Of a DNA stretch of 64,000 bases, positions 54,148 to 64,000 are shown one piece after another. A program made the position numbers and the translations under genes. The notes beneath the pieces were generated by a model. That model saw nothing but the letters and a program-made list of their open reading frames with translations, did not search any database and was not told where the DNA came from. Source of the stretch: Cyanidioschyzon merolae (taxonomy: Eukaryota). Position 1 is the stretch's first letter, and each line of letters begins with the position of its first letter. The stretch lies in assembly GCA_000091205.1 (NCBI GenBank), contig AP006501.2. The stretch is one strand, 5' to 3'.

Positions 54148-57100
54148 TTGCGGAAGAATTTCTTGCGCATGGGCGGTAAACCACCAGCACCAGCCCAAAC
54201 GGACCGCAAGAAGGTTGCAGTTGCGCGGCCGAAAGCGTCGGCTCGCAACGTCCAACGCCAGGCGAACCGCGAACTGCACCGCATCCACGCCCCTATAGAG
54301 GATCGTTCTGGCGGAGATGCAGCGCCAAGAATCGTTGCTGTGGTTGGACCCCGTGCGTCTGGCAAGTCGAGCATCATTAGAGCGCTCGTCAAACACTACA
54401 GCCACCGCAACCTCGAGCAAGTCCGGGGTCCGCTCACTATCGTCACCAGCAAAACTCGACGATTGACCCTGGTTGAAGTGCCTCCTGAACTTCCCAGTAT
54501 GGTGGACGCTGCTAAAATTGCGGATCTAGTTCTTCTCGTCATCAACGCTGCCGAGGGTTTCGAAATGGAGTGTTTCGAGTTTCTCAGCGTCGCTGCCGCC
54601 CACGGTATGCCGCGAGTGCTCAGCGTTTTGACGCATTTGGACGCAATCAAAGACACGGAGAAGATGCGGCGCACAAAGAAGCTCTTGAAAGATCGTTTAG
54701 CGTCAGAAATTGTTCAAGGCGCCAAATTATTCTACTTGACCGGTATGCGAGAGAACGGTGCGTATTTGAAACGAGAGGTTCAGAATCTCGCCCGTTTTAT
54801 ATCCATTATCAAGTATCGCCCGATATCCTGGAGAAATGAACATCCGTTCGTTCTCGTGGATCGCATTGAGGATATCACACCGGCTGGGCGAACGCCTGAC
54901 GAGGCTGCCGCGGATCGCCAGCTGCTCGTCCATGGATTCGTGCACGGCTCGCCGTTGCGACTGCCCACAATGTTTCACGTGCCCGGTCTAGGCGACGTCT
55001 TTGTCGAAAGTGCCGTAGCGCGTGCGGATCCCATTCCTCCACCAGCAGCTACCGAGCCAGATACCTCGAACAAGACTGGTCCCAAACGGCGAAGAACATT
55101 GCAGCAGAAAGAGCGCCTGCTGTACGCACCGATGTCCAGCTTGGATGGTGTCTTTTTTGATCCTGATGCTTTGTATGTGAACATACCCGATTCGTACGTT
55201 CGATTTACGCCAACCGGCAAAGACAGCATATTGAATACAGAAGCTACTGATGTGTCGGTCGCCTCTGCCGTGCATGATGAAGAGGCCGGACTATCGGTTG
55301 GAGAGCAGATGGTGCGAGCGCTCCAGAATCCCCAGCACGCTCCACTGCAGACGTTGTCGGCGAAAGCGATTCGACTCTTTGGGGACGCTCACCCTGTGAC
55401 TTGGGAGACCAACTTGTCTGCAGCATCTTCTGAGGACGAAGGTGCCCAAGTGGGTTCTCTCGGCAAATACGGCGAACATGCTAGGGACGGGCGCCTGGCG
55501 GCCACTACCGCTTCCGACGATACCGACACCTCAGCGGGCTCGGAGACTTGCAGTTCCGACACGTCATCCGCGCGCGCACAGGATGCACATGTGTACGAAG
55601 CAGGTGGCGCTCGCGACCTGGGCAGAGTCCACAGCACTCCAGAGCGCCGTCGACCAGCGGAGCGGATGGCATCTCGTTCGGAGCCCTGCGACTGGCCAGT
55701 TGTCCCTACACTGGATGCAATCCGGTATCCAACGATCACCAAGGCCGCCCGACTGCGTCGCAGCGCCTCGGAACTAGGCCAAGATGCCGTTCCAGTCGAC
55801 GATACGCGCTCTCTGGGGAGCGACCAAGAAGACAGCACATCCTCTGCAACCCAGGGGGAGTTCTTCCGCACCGTGAAACGAAATCGTTTTGCAACACACG
55901 AACGAGGCATTCGTATCGACGATGAATCTTACGTGTCACCATCACCATCATCATCATCAGACGACGAGGAAGACGCCACAGAATCGGATTCCAGTTTTCT
56001 CGCTCGTTTCGCCGGAGCAGCGCGGCCTGTTGATCGTTCTAGTGACAGCAGCAAGCGACCTGCAGTTAGGATCGTGAACGGTGCCAGCGAGCGCACGCCC
56101 ACTCCTTGCCGTGGAGTTGTCAGCAGTGCCAGCAGCGACCAAAGCTTCTCCACGGAGACTGGCGCAGTTCATGCTGAGAACGGCGATGCCGTTTCGAGCG
56201 ACTCTGACATCGCACATTCGCCCTCTGCGGCTAGCGCTGAAGGCTCCTCCACCGACGATGCCCTCACAGACGCCAGCAGCGAAACGGACGCATCGCTTGG
56301 ACTGAGGAAACGGCAGCCAGCGCTGACTTCGGCTTTGTCAGAATGGCTGCAGCAGCAACCAGATCGTTCGAAAAGTGAGGCCGATTCCTCCGAAGCTACC
56401 TTCGGAAACATGTCGACTGGCGATTCTGCAACGTCACATGACTCCAGACGCGTACGACCACCTTGTATGGCTCCCGATATCGATTCTGATCATGCTCTAA
56501 CAGGAGAGCGTTCAGCAAAAGCGCTGGATGAAAGCGAACCAACGATTCTTCTGGATGCAAACTTTGATCAGCGCTGCTTCGCGCCGGGTACCTATCTTCG
56601 CTTGGAGCTGCGCGGTGTACCAGCTGCTTTCGTTAGCAACTTTGATCCCATGCGTCCGCTGATTCTCGGTGCGCTGCCGCTCCCAATGGAACGAACTAGG
56701 GCCATGATGCGCATTCGCATCCTGCGACATCGGTGGTTTCGTCGGCTTCTCAAGACCCGAGATCCACTGCTGTTCTCCGTTGGCTGGCACCGCTTCGAGT
56801 CGGTGCCGGTGTTTTGTGTCGAGGATTCGACTGGTCGCCACCGGATGCTGAAGTACACCCTCGAACACATGCACTGTGAAGCAATGCTCTATGGGCCGGT
56901 AGTCGCGCCCGGGACTGGGGTTGTCTGTTTCCAGAGCCTCGGTTCCGAGCGCAGCCGCGACTTTCGCATTGCTGCGACCGGTGTGGTCTGCGAGATCGAC
57001 CACAAGTTCCGTATTGTGAAGAAACTGAAGCTTGTTGGCGAACCGTACCGCATTTTTAAGAATACTGCCTTCATTAAGGGCATGTTCAATTCTGAGCTCG

Positions 57101-57786
57101 AAGTGAGCAAGTTTGTGGGCGCACATCTCCGCACGCCAAGTGGATTACGGGGCGTCATCAAGAAATCCGTCCGGGACGGTCCACCGGGTACATTTCGAGC
57201 CACCTTTGAGGATCGATTGCTCATGAGCGACCTGGTCTTTCTTCGAACCTGGGTGCCGGTGGAGGCGCCCACCTATTACCATGCGGTTCGGAACCTGCTG
57301 GAACCGGCACCATGGGCAAGCAATGATCCTCATCGCACCTATCGATGGATGCGTACTGCGCGTGAACTGCGCACAGCTTACCAGACTCCTCTGGAGGTGA
57401 AGGCGGATTCAGTATATCGACCGGTTGAGCGTTTGCCGCGTCGCTTTCATCCGTTGCGTATTCCACGAGCACTGGAGGCCGCACTGCCATTTGCATCGAA
57501 ACCGAAACAAGTCGAGGCGTTGAGCGAGCGCAAGCGTCGTCGATTGGAACGTGCAGTGCCGGGTCTCGCAGAGCGTATGCCAACCGCAGCAACCGCGGAG
57601 CGCAAGGAGGCTCAGTTCCTGCAGATGCTTCGGACCGTGCGACGGGAGCGCGAAAGTCAACGGGCAGAGGCCCAGAAAAAGAGACGAGAAGTGCACCAGC
57701 GACAGCTGGAAAAAGAGGAACGCCAACGGCTGGCTGCAAGACGTGTTCGAAAGAAACAAGAGTACGCGAGTGGCGCTCACAGGTGA
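54148..57786 (+). CDS. BMS1: Ribosome biogenesis GTPase BMS1
   Basis: The N-terminal GTPase domain is collinear with BMS1: IVAVVGPRASGKSSIIRALVKHYS, LTIVTSKTRRLTLVEVPPELPSMVDAAKIADLVLLVINAAEGFEMECFEFLSVAAAHGMPRVLSVLTHLD, GAKLFYLTGMRENGAYLKREVQNLARFISIIKYRPISWRNEHPFVLVDRIEDIT. The conserved C-terminal domain matches the AARP2CN/DUF663-like region. A long acidic Ser/Asp-rich middle insert and a basic C-terminal tail are present. The start could be the Met at 54169. Confidence 0.85.
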   Translation: MRKNFLRMGGKPPAPAQTDRKKVAVARPKASARNVQRQANRELHRIHAPIEDRSGGDAAPRIVAVVGPRASGKSSIIRALVKHYSHRNLEQVRGPLTIVTSKTRRLTLVEVPPELPSMVDAAKIADLVLLVINAAEGFEMECFEFLSVAAAHGMPRVLSVLTHLDAIKDTEKMRRTKKLLKDRLASEIVQGAKLFYLTGMRENGAYLKREVQNLARFISIIKYRPISWRNEHPFVLVDRIEDITPAGRTPDEAAADRQLLVHGFVHGSPLRLPTMFHVPGLGDVFVESAVARADPIPPPAATEPDTSNKTGPKRRRTLQQKERLLYAPMSSLDGVFFDPDALYVNIPDSYVRFTPTGKDSILNTEATDVSVASAVHDEEAGLSVGEQMVRALQNPQHAPLQTLSAKAIRLFGDAHPVTWETNLSAASSEDEGAQVGSLGKYGEHARDGRLAATTASDDTDTSAGSETCSSDTSSARAQDAHVYEAGGARDLGRVHSTPERRRPAERMASRSEPCDWPVVPTLDAIRYPTITKAARLRRSASELGQDAVPVDDTRSLGSDQEDSTSSATQGEFFRTVKRNRFATHERGIRIDDESYVSPSPSSSSDDEEDATESDSSFLARFAGAARPVDRSSDSSKRPAVRIVNGASERTPTPCRGVVSSASSDQSFSTETGAVHAENGDAVSSDSDIAHSPSAASAEGSSTDDALTDASSETDASLGLRKRQPALTSALSEWLQQQPDRSKSEADSSEATFGNMSTGDSATSHDSRRVRPPCMAPDIDSDHALTGERSAKALDESEPTILLDANFDQRCFAPGTYLRLELRGVPAAFVSNFDPMRPLILGALPLPMERTRAMMRIRILRHRWFRRLLKTRDPLLFSVGWHRFESVPVFCVEDSTGRHRMLKYTLEHMHCEAMLYGPVVAPGTGVVCFQSLGSERSRDFRIAATGVVCEIDHKFRIVKKLKLVGEPYRIFKNTAFIKGMFNSELEVSKFVGAHLRTPSGLRGVIKKSVRDGPPGTFRATFEDRLLMSDLVFLRTWVPVEAPTYYHAVRNLLEPAPWASNDPHRTYRWMRTARELRTAYQTPLEVKADSVYRPVERLPRRFHPLRIPRALEAALPFASKPKQVEALSERKRRRLERAVPGLAERMPTAATAERKEAQFLQMLRTVRRERESQRAEAQKKRREVHQRQLEKEERQRLAARRVRKKQEYASGAHR

Positions 57787-57847
57787 AAGCGGTGACGGTG
57801 GTGGTGTAGTCACCGTCGTGCATAGGCTCACGGGGAGGCGCAGCTCC

Positions 57848-58766
57848 ACTGGAACGGCAGTAGACTTCGATGGCGGACTGGTTTTTGTATGCATATGTGA
57901 TACGGTATATGTAAAACTGGGTATCGAACTTGCAGCGCTGATAAACGTGGCAGTAGACTTCGATGGCGGACTGGTTTGTATGCATATGTGATACGGTATA
58001 TGTAAAACTGGGTATCGAACTTGCAGCGCTGATAAACGTGGCAGTAGACTTCGATGGCGGACTGGTTTGTATGCATATGTGATACGGTGTGTGTAAAACT
58101 GGGTATCGAACTTGGAGCGCTGATAAACGTGGCAGTAGACTTCGATGGCGGACTGGTTTGTATGCATATGTGATACGGTGTATGTGAAACTGGGTATCGA
58201 ACTTGGAGCGCTGATAAACGTGGCAGTAGACTTCGATGGCGGACTGGTTTGTATGCATATGTGATACGGTGTATGTGAAACTGGGTATCGAACTTGGAGC
58301 GCTGATAAACGTGGCAGTAGACTTCGATGGCGGACTGGTTTGTATGCATATGTGATACGGTGTATGTGAAACTGGGTATCGAACTTGGAGCGCTGATAAA
58401 CGTGGCAGTAGACTTCGATGGCGGACTGGTTTGTATGCATATGTGATACGGTGTGTGTAAAACTGGGTATCGAACTTGGAGCGCTGATAAACGTGGCAGT
58501 AGACTTCGATGGCGGACTGGTTTGTATGCATATGTGATACGGTGTGTGTAAAACTGGGTATCGAACTTGCAGCGCTGATAAACGTGGCAGTAGACTTCGA
58601 TGGCGGACTGGTTTGTATGCATATGTGATACGGTGTATGTAAAACTGGGTATCGAACTTGCAGCGCTGATAAACGTGGCAGTAGACTTCGATGGCGGACT
58701 GGTTTGTATGCATATGTGATACGGTGTATGTGAAACTGGGTATCGAACTTGGAGCGCTGGTAAACG
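57848..58766. repeat. Minisatellite: about 10 tandem copies of a 91-bp unit
   Basis: The unit ggcagtagacttcgatggcggactggtttgtatgcatatgtgatacggtgtatgtgaaactgggtatcgaacttggagcgctgataaacgt recurs at 57856, 57949, 58040, 58131, 58222, 58313, 58404, 58495, 58586 and 58677. The first copy has a 2-bp insertion. Point variants (gtgtatgtga/gtgtgtgtaa, ggagcg/gcagcg) mark alternating subtypes. It starts 62 bp after the BMS1 stop. Confidence 0.9.
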
Positions 58767-59379
58767 TAGAGAGCGCGCCACCCAGCCAACGCCGATGCTG
58801 ACTAGGATCCCCGCGCAATACCATAGTCACCTGTCTGACGTTTCCTTGGCGCAGTTGTTTTCAGTCTACCAAATAAGAGCGCCGCGTGTGTACTGAGGAT
58901 TGCTAGCGCTGCACACCGGATCGAGTAGCACCTGCCGTCGTGTGGAACGCCTCGACTAGAGCGTTTGCTGTTTCGGCGCCCTGCGTTGCTTCCAGATCTG
59001 CTGCTCATGTTGCTGTACGTAGTATGGTGGACGTGCATGGCCATGGACCCCTGGTCGAAGCATTGAAAGTAGCGAGCATAGGCATGCACGAAACAGCTGT
59101 TGTCTCAATGCAAGTTCGCTGTATCGAAACGCGTACCGGATGCAAGGTTAACGTTATTTTAGAGGGACATTAAAGCACTCGGATGGCTGCTCGGGTACCA
59201 GGCACCTCGGAAGCTACACCCACACCTACGCGATCAACAAGCGCGTCCACCAGTCCAGGATGCTTCGGAATCGTGCGTTCTGCAGACATCGATGCAAGCA
59301 TCTATTCGCAACTGGACAGGTAATGATAGAAGCAGCTGCCTCTGACGTACAATTCGTGCTGAGCATCGTGGACGCGATG

Positions 59380-59606
59380 CATCCTAATGGCAAAAATACA
59401 GATATTCGACGGCATCTGATGAATCAATCGAACAAGCACGACCTAGGATGTCTACCCTGCACACCGATCACCGTCACTGAGCGATAGATGCTTACATCCT
59501 AATGGCAAAAATACAGATATTCGACGGCATCTGATGAATCAATCGAACAAGCACGACCTAGGATGTCTACCCTGCACACTGATCACCGTCACGGAGCGAT
59601 AGACGC
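59380..59606. repeat. Tandem duplication, 2 x about 115 bp
   Basis: catcctaatggcaaaaatacagatattcgacggcatctgatgaatcaatcgaacaagcacgacctaggatgtctaccctgcacaccgatcaccgtcactgagcgatag is repeated from 59495 with two substitutions. It lies about 340 bp upstream of the MsrA start. Confidence 0.8.
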
Positions 59607-59944
59607 TATTGTACGAATGGCAACATGGCATCTGTTGCGATTCCCGCTAGCGCAGATCGAAACAGATACGAAGCGTCGCTGCACCTGTTCCGCAATCTTC
59701 AGCCGCAACGTGCATCCCGCTGTTCTGTTCAGTGGAAGCGTGAACGAACATTCTGCGCGTTACCATTCTGGTCGGAAACGGGATTCTTGCAGACATTATG
59801 GCGTTTCTGGCACCTGGTTTCCTCTCCTTGCGTTGCGTTTTCATATCCAGGACAAGATACATTCGTTTCACCAACCGCGCGCTCGCTTTGCGACAGTGTC
59901 GATACACGAGAACTCGCTCTAGTCGTGGCACGAGCTCGCTTGCG

Positions 59945-60640
59945 ATGGGCCTTTTCAGTGGCCTGTTTGGACGCGAGAGCGCTTCACCGGCCGCAGGGTC
60001 ACGAAAACCGATGCCTGTTCCCGAGAAACACTACGTTCTGGGGACACCGTTGAAGACCGTTCCAGAGGGCATGCGCGTGGCTGTTTTCGGGGGCGGCTGT
60101 TTCTGGGGACTGGAACGGCGCTTCTTCCAGACACCAGGCGTGTACAGTACCGCTGTGGGGTACGCAGGCGGCAGCTTGCCGGACCCGACCTACTACGAGG
60201 TATGCTCAGGGCGCACTGGACACGCTGAGGTGGTGAGAGTGGTCTATGATCCTCAGAAAGTCGATTATTTGACGCTGCTCGACGTGTTCTGGTCTGCGCA
60301 CGACCCGACCCAGTTGAACCGACAGGGAAACGACGTCGGCACGCAGTACCGCTCCGTGATTATCTATGCGGATGATGAACAAAAGCGACTTGCGGAAGCA
60401 ACACGGGCTGCGTTCGACAAGACGTTAAGAGAGAACGGGTACGGAAGGATTGTCACCGAGCTCCTACCTGCCGCTGATAACCCGTTTTACTTTGCAGAGG
60501 AATACCATCAGCAGTACTTGGCGAAGAACCCGGGTGGCTACTGTGGACTGGGCGGGACAAGACTGTATAATCCCGAGGCGATACGAAGCGCGCTGAAAGA
60601 GATGGAGGCGGCAGCAGCAGCAGCAGCAGCGCGTGAGTGA
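59945..60640 (+). CDS. MSRA: Peptide methionine sulfoxide reductase MsrA
   Basis: A 232-aa protein starts at the internal ATG 59945 of ORF 59798-60640. Matches are [101 protein letters not shown] ... [20 protein letters not shown], covering the GCFWG active site and the MsrA core. The C-terminal poly-Ala is encoded by (GCA)n at about 60611-60630. Confidence 0.85.
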   Translation: MGLFSGLFGRESASPAAGSRKPMPVPEKHYVLGTPLKTVPEGMRVAVFGGGCFWGLERRFFQTPGVYSTAVGYAGGSLPDPTYYEVCSGRTGHAEVVRVVYDPQKVDYLTLLDVFWSAHDPTQLNRQGNDVGTQYRSVIIYADDEQKRLAEATRAAFDKTLRENGYGRIVTELLPAADNPFYFAEEYHQQYLAKNPGGYCGLGGTRLYNPEAIRSALKEMEAAAAAAAARE

Positions 60641-61034
60641 TATACGGGGAGGATGTGTGAGGCCCAAGTCACCGAGGCAAGGCGCTCGAGTTCGAGAAAA
60701 CAGCAGCGGATGTAAAAGCGCGCACTGGTTTAAACATCATGCTTTTAGAGCTGCGCACTGTTACCTGAGAACAAACGCAACGAGTCGCGGCAAACTAGTA
60801 TCCATGAATGCCCGGCTACAGATAGATGCCCAAGTGTGGAGAATGCGCTTCGCGTCGCCGCTCGAGAGCGTTTAGAGAGGATGAATCTGGACAAGCAGCT
60901 GCCGGGCGACTTGCGAGCCGTCACGCAACGAGCTGTGCACCCAGTGCACTGATTCTTCTTCATCCGGTAACCATACATGCTGTTTCAAGGCCACCATGCA
61001 ACTCGGATTCAGACTGAACCCCCATGACCTGGGG

Positions 61035-64000
61035 TCAGGTAGAATTCGAGCTCCAGGCCGCAAGTGAATGCAGCGAGCGCGACGATGCCGTGCGGCTTGC
61101 GCCTTTCTCGGCCGGGCTGGATTGGGTGAATTGCAATAGCCGCTCCGCGACTCTCGCAGAGAGATGAGCGGATTTCCGTGCTAACGCTGCAGCCGCGCGT
61201 ACCGATGGCCCACCTGCGGCCACGGCTGTGTTGCTTGAGGTTTCCTCGGGTCGCGCTGGAGCATCAGCGCTTGGCGCCGCATCTGCATCGATCGCTGGAC
61301 GTTTCGGATGCGACTCTGTGCCGGTCGCTGCTTCCTCGGGATCAGAAGTTGACCTAGATCTACGCGCATCATCGTTTCCAGACGGTTGAGCAAGGAAGCT
61401 CGGTGCTCGTTCGCTCGCTATATTCGCTTGTGCGTCAGCATGCGCTGCAGCGAGCAGCTGCTCGACAACGGACTTAGAGGACTCGAGCTCCTCTATGCGA
61501 ATCTGTGCGAACTGGGTGATTTTCTCGGCGAGAATCGCTCGTTTGAGACGGTTGGCAATCTGTACAGCTACCTTGAAAGCAGCAGCACTCGACAGTCGTG
61601 AAGCCAAGTCAAGGACGCGGCGGTCACGTTGTTTCTCGCAAGCTTCCTCGATGAGATACAGAAGGGTCTTATCTGCTTGGCGCTGCAGTTCCCGTGCTTT
61701 TTGCGCGAGCGCCTCAAGCATTTCGTGTTCGCTATGCTGGTATTGTGTGCCATCTACTGTCGTTGTCCGGGAAAAAGCGATTGCGTCAAACAACGCAGAC
61801 CGCGTGGCGCGGATTGATGCAACCGTCCTGAGATAGGCTTGCTCGAGTTCCGAATACTGGCTATCCTGGGCAAGCGGCCAAGGGAATCGTTCGAGCGGTA
61901 CCTGGCGCAGTTGCGATCGAGGATACGGCAGAGGACTCGTCGCGTCTGCAGGCAAGATAATGCCATGAAGAACGCGATTCTTCACGCCGAGCGGATAAAA
62001 CCATTGTCGGTCGGGATCGAAAATCTCTTCACCATCTGCTTCGGCCAATGCTTGCCGAGTTCGTTCACTTGTCAGTGCCAGGTGCCAGGTCAAGTGCATG
62101 GATCCGCGTTGGAGACTGGACAACGGATGGCAACCGTGCGTCCAGTTCCAAGTGGCTGAACGGTAGCAGCCAAAGGTCCACGCTCGCAGCGTAAAAAGGT
62201 GACCAGACGCGAAATATATCCATAGCGCGCAATCCTCACTCGCATCCGACGTAGAATCGGCAGCTTCGGAGGATGTGTCTCGTTTTGTGTCCGTAAGACC
62301 GACCCAAACCAGACGCGACGTCTCAAGGTGCTGAAGCCTCTTCGCCCGAGGGCGAGCGCGCACAGCGGGGCATATCGGCAGGTTGCCGCGAACGAGACAT
62401 TCGCTCACGTATCCATTCTGGTGAATGCGCAGCAGCATATACTCCCCTGCTCCATCGGGCCCGTGACTCCGCGAAAGAATGCACAAGAGATTTTCACTTG
62501 CTACCATCGTCAGAATGCTGCCATTCAGACCAGGGTGGAAACTGTCGGTGATTAGTCCCGTGAAAGAGTAGAGGTGAACCGACTGGGCGCTGGTCGCCAC
62601 TGCAACCCAGAACTTACTCATGCAGAGGGCAATAGGGTCCTCCTGTGGCGGCAGGAATCGTATCCAGTCGCTCTGTAGAGACCACGACTCGTGAGGACGA
62701 TAATATATCAATGCAGGACGATCTGATCCGCCCTGCCCGCTCTGGGCCCCTAGCAGTATCCCATATGCATTCAAGGTGCCGTACTGGAAACCATAACGGT
62801 CTGGAAATCGAATGGATCGCTTGCTAACATCGCTAAACTCGAGCTCAATCTGTCTGGCGGGTTCCTCGCTCGTCGCAACTGCTGAGCCAGCGGGCAATGA
62901 TGTCAGGCAGCCTGTGAGGTTCCACTGTAAAATTCGCCGCTTCGCGCCCAAATCGAGCGTGGATCCGATCTGGAACGGCTGTTGGCACGTACGGTCGCAG
63001 CAGCAGGAAGATCGCCCATGAGACAACCCTGTTGCGAAGCGGCGACGCTTTCGCGAGCTCAGTGTCGTGTCGCCCACATCCGAATCGTCATTCCCATCAT
63101 CATCATCATCATCATCAGTTTCGCCTGCAGGCTCCCGTTGAGACACGCTTGACACACGTTCGGAATCATCATCGCTCGGGGTGCTTCCACCTTGAGACGG
63201 CCTAGAAGCTGCCTCTTTGAATGTCAACGAATTTGAAGTCTGCACCTGCAGCGAAGTGCCGCGCACCAATTTTGTGGTCGACCCGGGCGTCTCTGCGTTT
63301 CTCGTCGATGCCTCACCAGTGTGGGCGCCTTCTCGACTTTGGTGATGTCCGCAATGCGCATCCACGGTTCCATTATCCAACAGAGACGTAGAGAGTCTCT
63401 CGCTCCCTCTGGAGGAGATCGTTCCGCGCTCAGCTGGCAGCGTGACAACCCCAAGTTGCCCCAAAAGATCAAGATAATAGGTCACCGAGGAAACAGGGCA
63501 ACAAGCCAATGCCCGAATCTCTGCTTCAGCGACGCCTAGTTGCCGTGATGCTGCATCAGCGAGGTCATAGAGAATGATCGTGTCACCATTATCCTCCTGG
63601 AGCTTCGCGGTTACCACCAAACGTGTCGTCGAGCGAGCATCCCATGCGAGCGTCGATATGGAGATGGGCTTATCGACATGCGAACCAGCCGGGCACTGCG
63701 CTCGTGCCCAGACCTGAACATCAAAAACAGGATACCCCGCATTCTCCCAGGAGTCGCGTTCTAGAAAGTGCACCCGACCTGTGCGATCTCCAACAGCCAG
63801 AATCTGCCCGTCTGGTGAAAATCGCGCGCAACATGCATGACGTATTCTTCCGACCCCGAAGCCAATGACCCGTTGGGCATCAACAGACCAGAGACAAACG
63901 TTCGCCATTGCGGCAGGAGTTCGGGCAGTGGACGTTGCGCGTCCTTGCCCCGAGGGCACCTCATGGACGGTGGCAAAGTAGCAGCCAAGCGGATCGACCG
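61035..64000 (-). CDS. CTF4: Ctf4/AND-1 (WDHD1)-like replisome protein: N-terminal WD40, SepB-type middle domain, C-terminal helical domain. Partial: the N-terminus runs off the window edge
   Basis: WD-repeat N-terminus (FSPDGQILAVGDRTGRVHF ...). The middle block SKFWVAVATSAQSVHLYSFTGLITDSFHPGLNGSILTMVASENLLCIL fits the Ctf4 SepB propeller motif. The C-terminal helical bundle (LLYLIEEACEKQRDRRVLDLASRL ... AVQIANRLKRAILAEKI) fits the Ctf4/Mcl1 C-terminal domain. Poly-Asp is encoded by (CAT)n on the plus strand at 63095-63117. The stop is at 61035; the ORF is open to the window end. Confidence 0.6.
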   Translation of the reverse strand, partial: VDPLGCYFATVHEVPSGQGRATSTARTPAAMANVCLWSVDAQRVIGFGVGRIRHACCARFSPDGQILAVGDRTGRVHFLERDSWENAGYPVFDVQVWARAQCPAGSHVDKPISISTLAWDARSTTRLVVTAKLQEDNGDTIILYDLADAASRQLGVAEAEIRALACCPVSSVTYYLDLLGQLGVVTLPAERGTISSRGSERLSTSLLDNGTVDAHCGHHQSREGAHTGEASTRNAETPGSTTKLVRGTSLQVQTSNSLTFKEAASRPSQGGSTPSDDDSERVSSVSQREPAGETDDDDDDDGNDDSDVGDTTLSSRKRRRFATGLSHGRSSCCCDRTCQQPFQIGSTLDLGAKRRILQWNLTGCLTSLPAGSAVATSEEPARQIELEFSDVSKRSIRFPDRYGFQYGTLNAYGILLGAQSGQGGSDRPALIYYRPHESWSLQSDWIRFLPPQEDPIALCMSKFWVAVATSAQSVHLYSFTGLITDSFHPGLNGSILTMVASENLLCILSRSHGPDGAGEYMLLRIHQNGYVSECLVRGNLPICPAVRARPRAKRLQHLETSRLVWVGLTDTKRDTSSEAADSTSDASEDCALWIYFASGHLFTLRAWTFGCYRSATWNWTHGCHPLSSLQRGSMHLTWHLALTSERTRQALAEADGEEIFDPDRQWFYPLGVKNRVLHGIILPADATSPLPYPRSQLRQVPLERFPWPLAQDSQYSELEQAYLRTVASIRATRSALFDAIAFSRTTTVDGTQYQHSEHEMLEALAQKARELQRQADKTLLYLIEEACEKQRDRRVLDLASRLSSAAAFKVAVQIANRLKRAILAEKITQFAQIRIEELESSKSVVEQLLAAAHADAQANIASERAPSFLAQPSGNDDARRSRSTSDPEEAATGTESHPKRPAIDADAAPSADAPARPEETSSNTAVAAGGPSVRAAAALARKSAHLSARVAERLLQFTQSSPAEKGASRTASSRSLHSLAAWSSNST

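Noticed and set aside
57221-58830. Three long overlapping minus-strand ORFs (522, 473 and 317 aa) with repetitive peptide sequence
   Set aside because: They are read-throughs of the 91-bp minisatellite in all three frames (91 is not divisible by 3). They have no start context or domain. This is non-coding satellite DNA.
1-64000. CRISPR arrays, rRNA genes and operon-like gene clusters
   Set aside because: No regularly spaced short direct repeats with unique spacers were found. The only tandem arrays are the 91-bp satellite, the 115-bp and 55-bp duplications and the microsatellites. Gene structure is eukaryotic, with long N-terminal extensions, poly-amino-acid tracts and divergent or convergent monocistronic genes. 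No rRNA-like sequence was seen.

Overview
The window is nuclear DNA from a GC-rich (about 55-60%), intron-poor eukaryote. Long uninterrupted ORFs encode typical eukaryotic housekeeping proteins: a Ufd2-type U-box E4 ubiquitin ligase, proteasome lid subunit Rpn6, ORC2, the GTPase BMS1, a Ctf4/AND-1-like protein, ethanolamine-phosphate cytidylyltransferase, MsrA, Mpv17/PMP22, an SH3 protein and a WLM protease. Several nucleus-encoded organelle proteins of bacterial ancestry are also present: Tic20, RsmH, CDP-diacylglycerol synthase, ribosomal protein bL21 and DAP3/mS29. The Tic20 gene implies a plastid-bearing lineage, and the gene style resembles a unicellular alga, but I cannot name the species from sequence alone. 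Roughly 20 genes sit on both strands at about one per 3-4 kb, and trinucleotide tracts (CAG, CTG, GAT, CAT, GCA) are frequent.

The most interesting content is a decayed family of TnpB/Fanzor-like (OMEGA-type, RuvC-fold) transposon-encoded nuclease genes. Two elements of about 2.6 kb lie on the minus strand at roughly 10990-13745 and 38255-40795. They are homologous to each other at 50-80% and together carry recognisable RuvC-I ([11 protein letters not shown]) and RuvC-III (RDFNAAINI) motifs in the correct order and spacing, but both are inactivated by in-frame stop codons. Two shorter composite relics (roughly 995-2260 on the plus strand and 17948-19385 on the minus strand) join a frameshifted Tc1/mariner-like transposase N-terminus to a Fanzor C-terminal fragment. 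An orphan copy of the element's 5' terminus lies near 48100-48190.

Other structure includes a 750-bp near-identical direct repeat pair bracketing the DAP3-like gene, a 91-bp x 10 minisatellite directly downstream of BMS1, a 115-bp tandem duplication upstream of MsrA, and a decapeptide-repeat presequence on Tic20. Product assignments come from my own recognition of conserved motifs; no database search was run.
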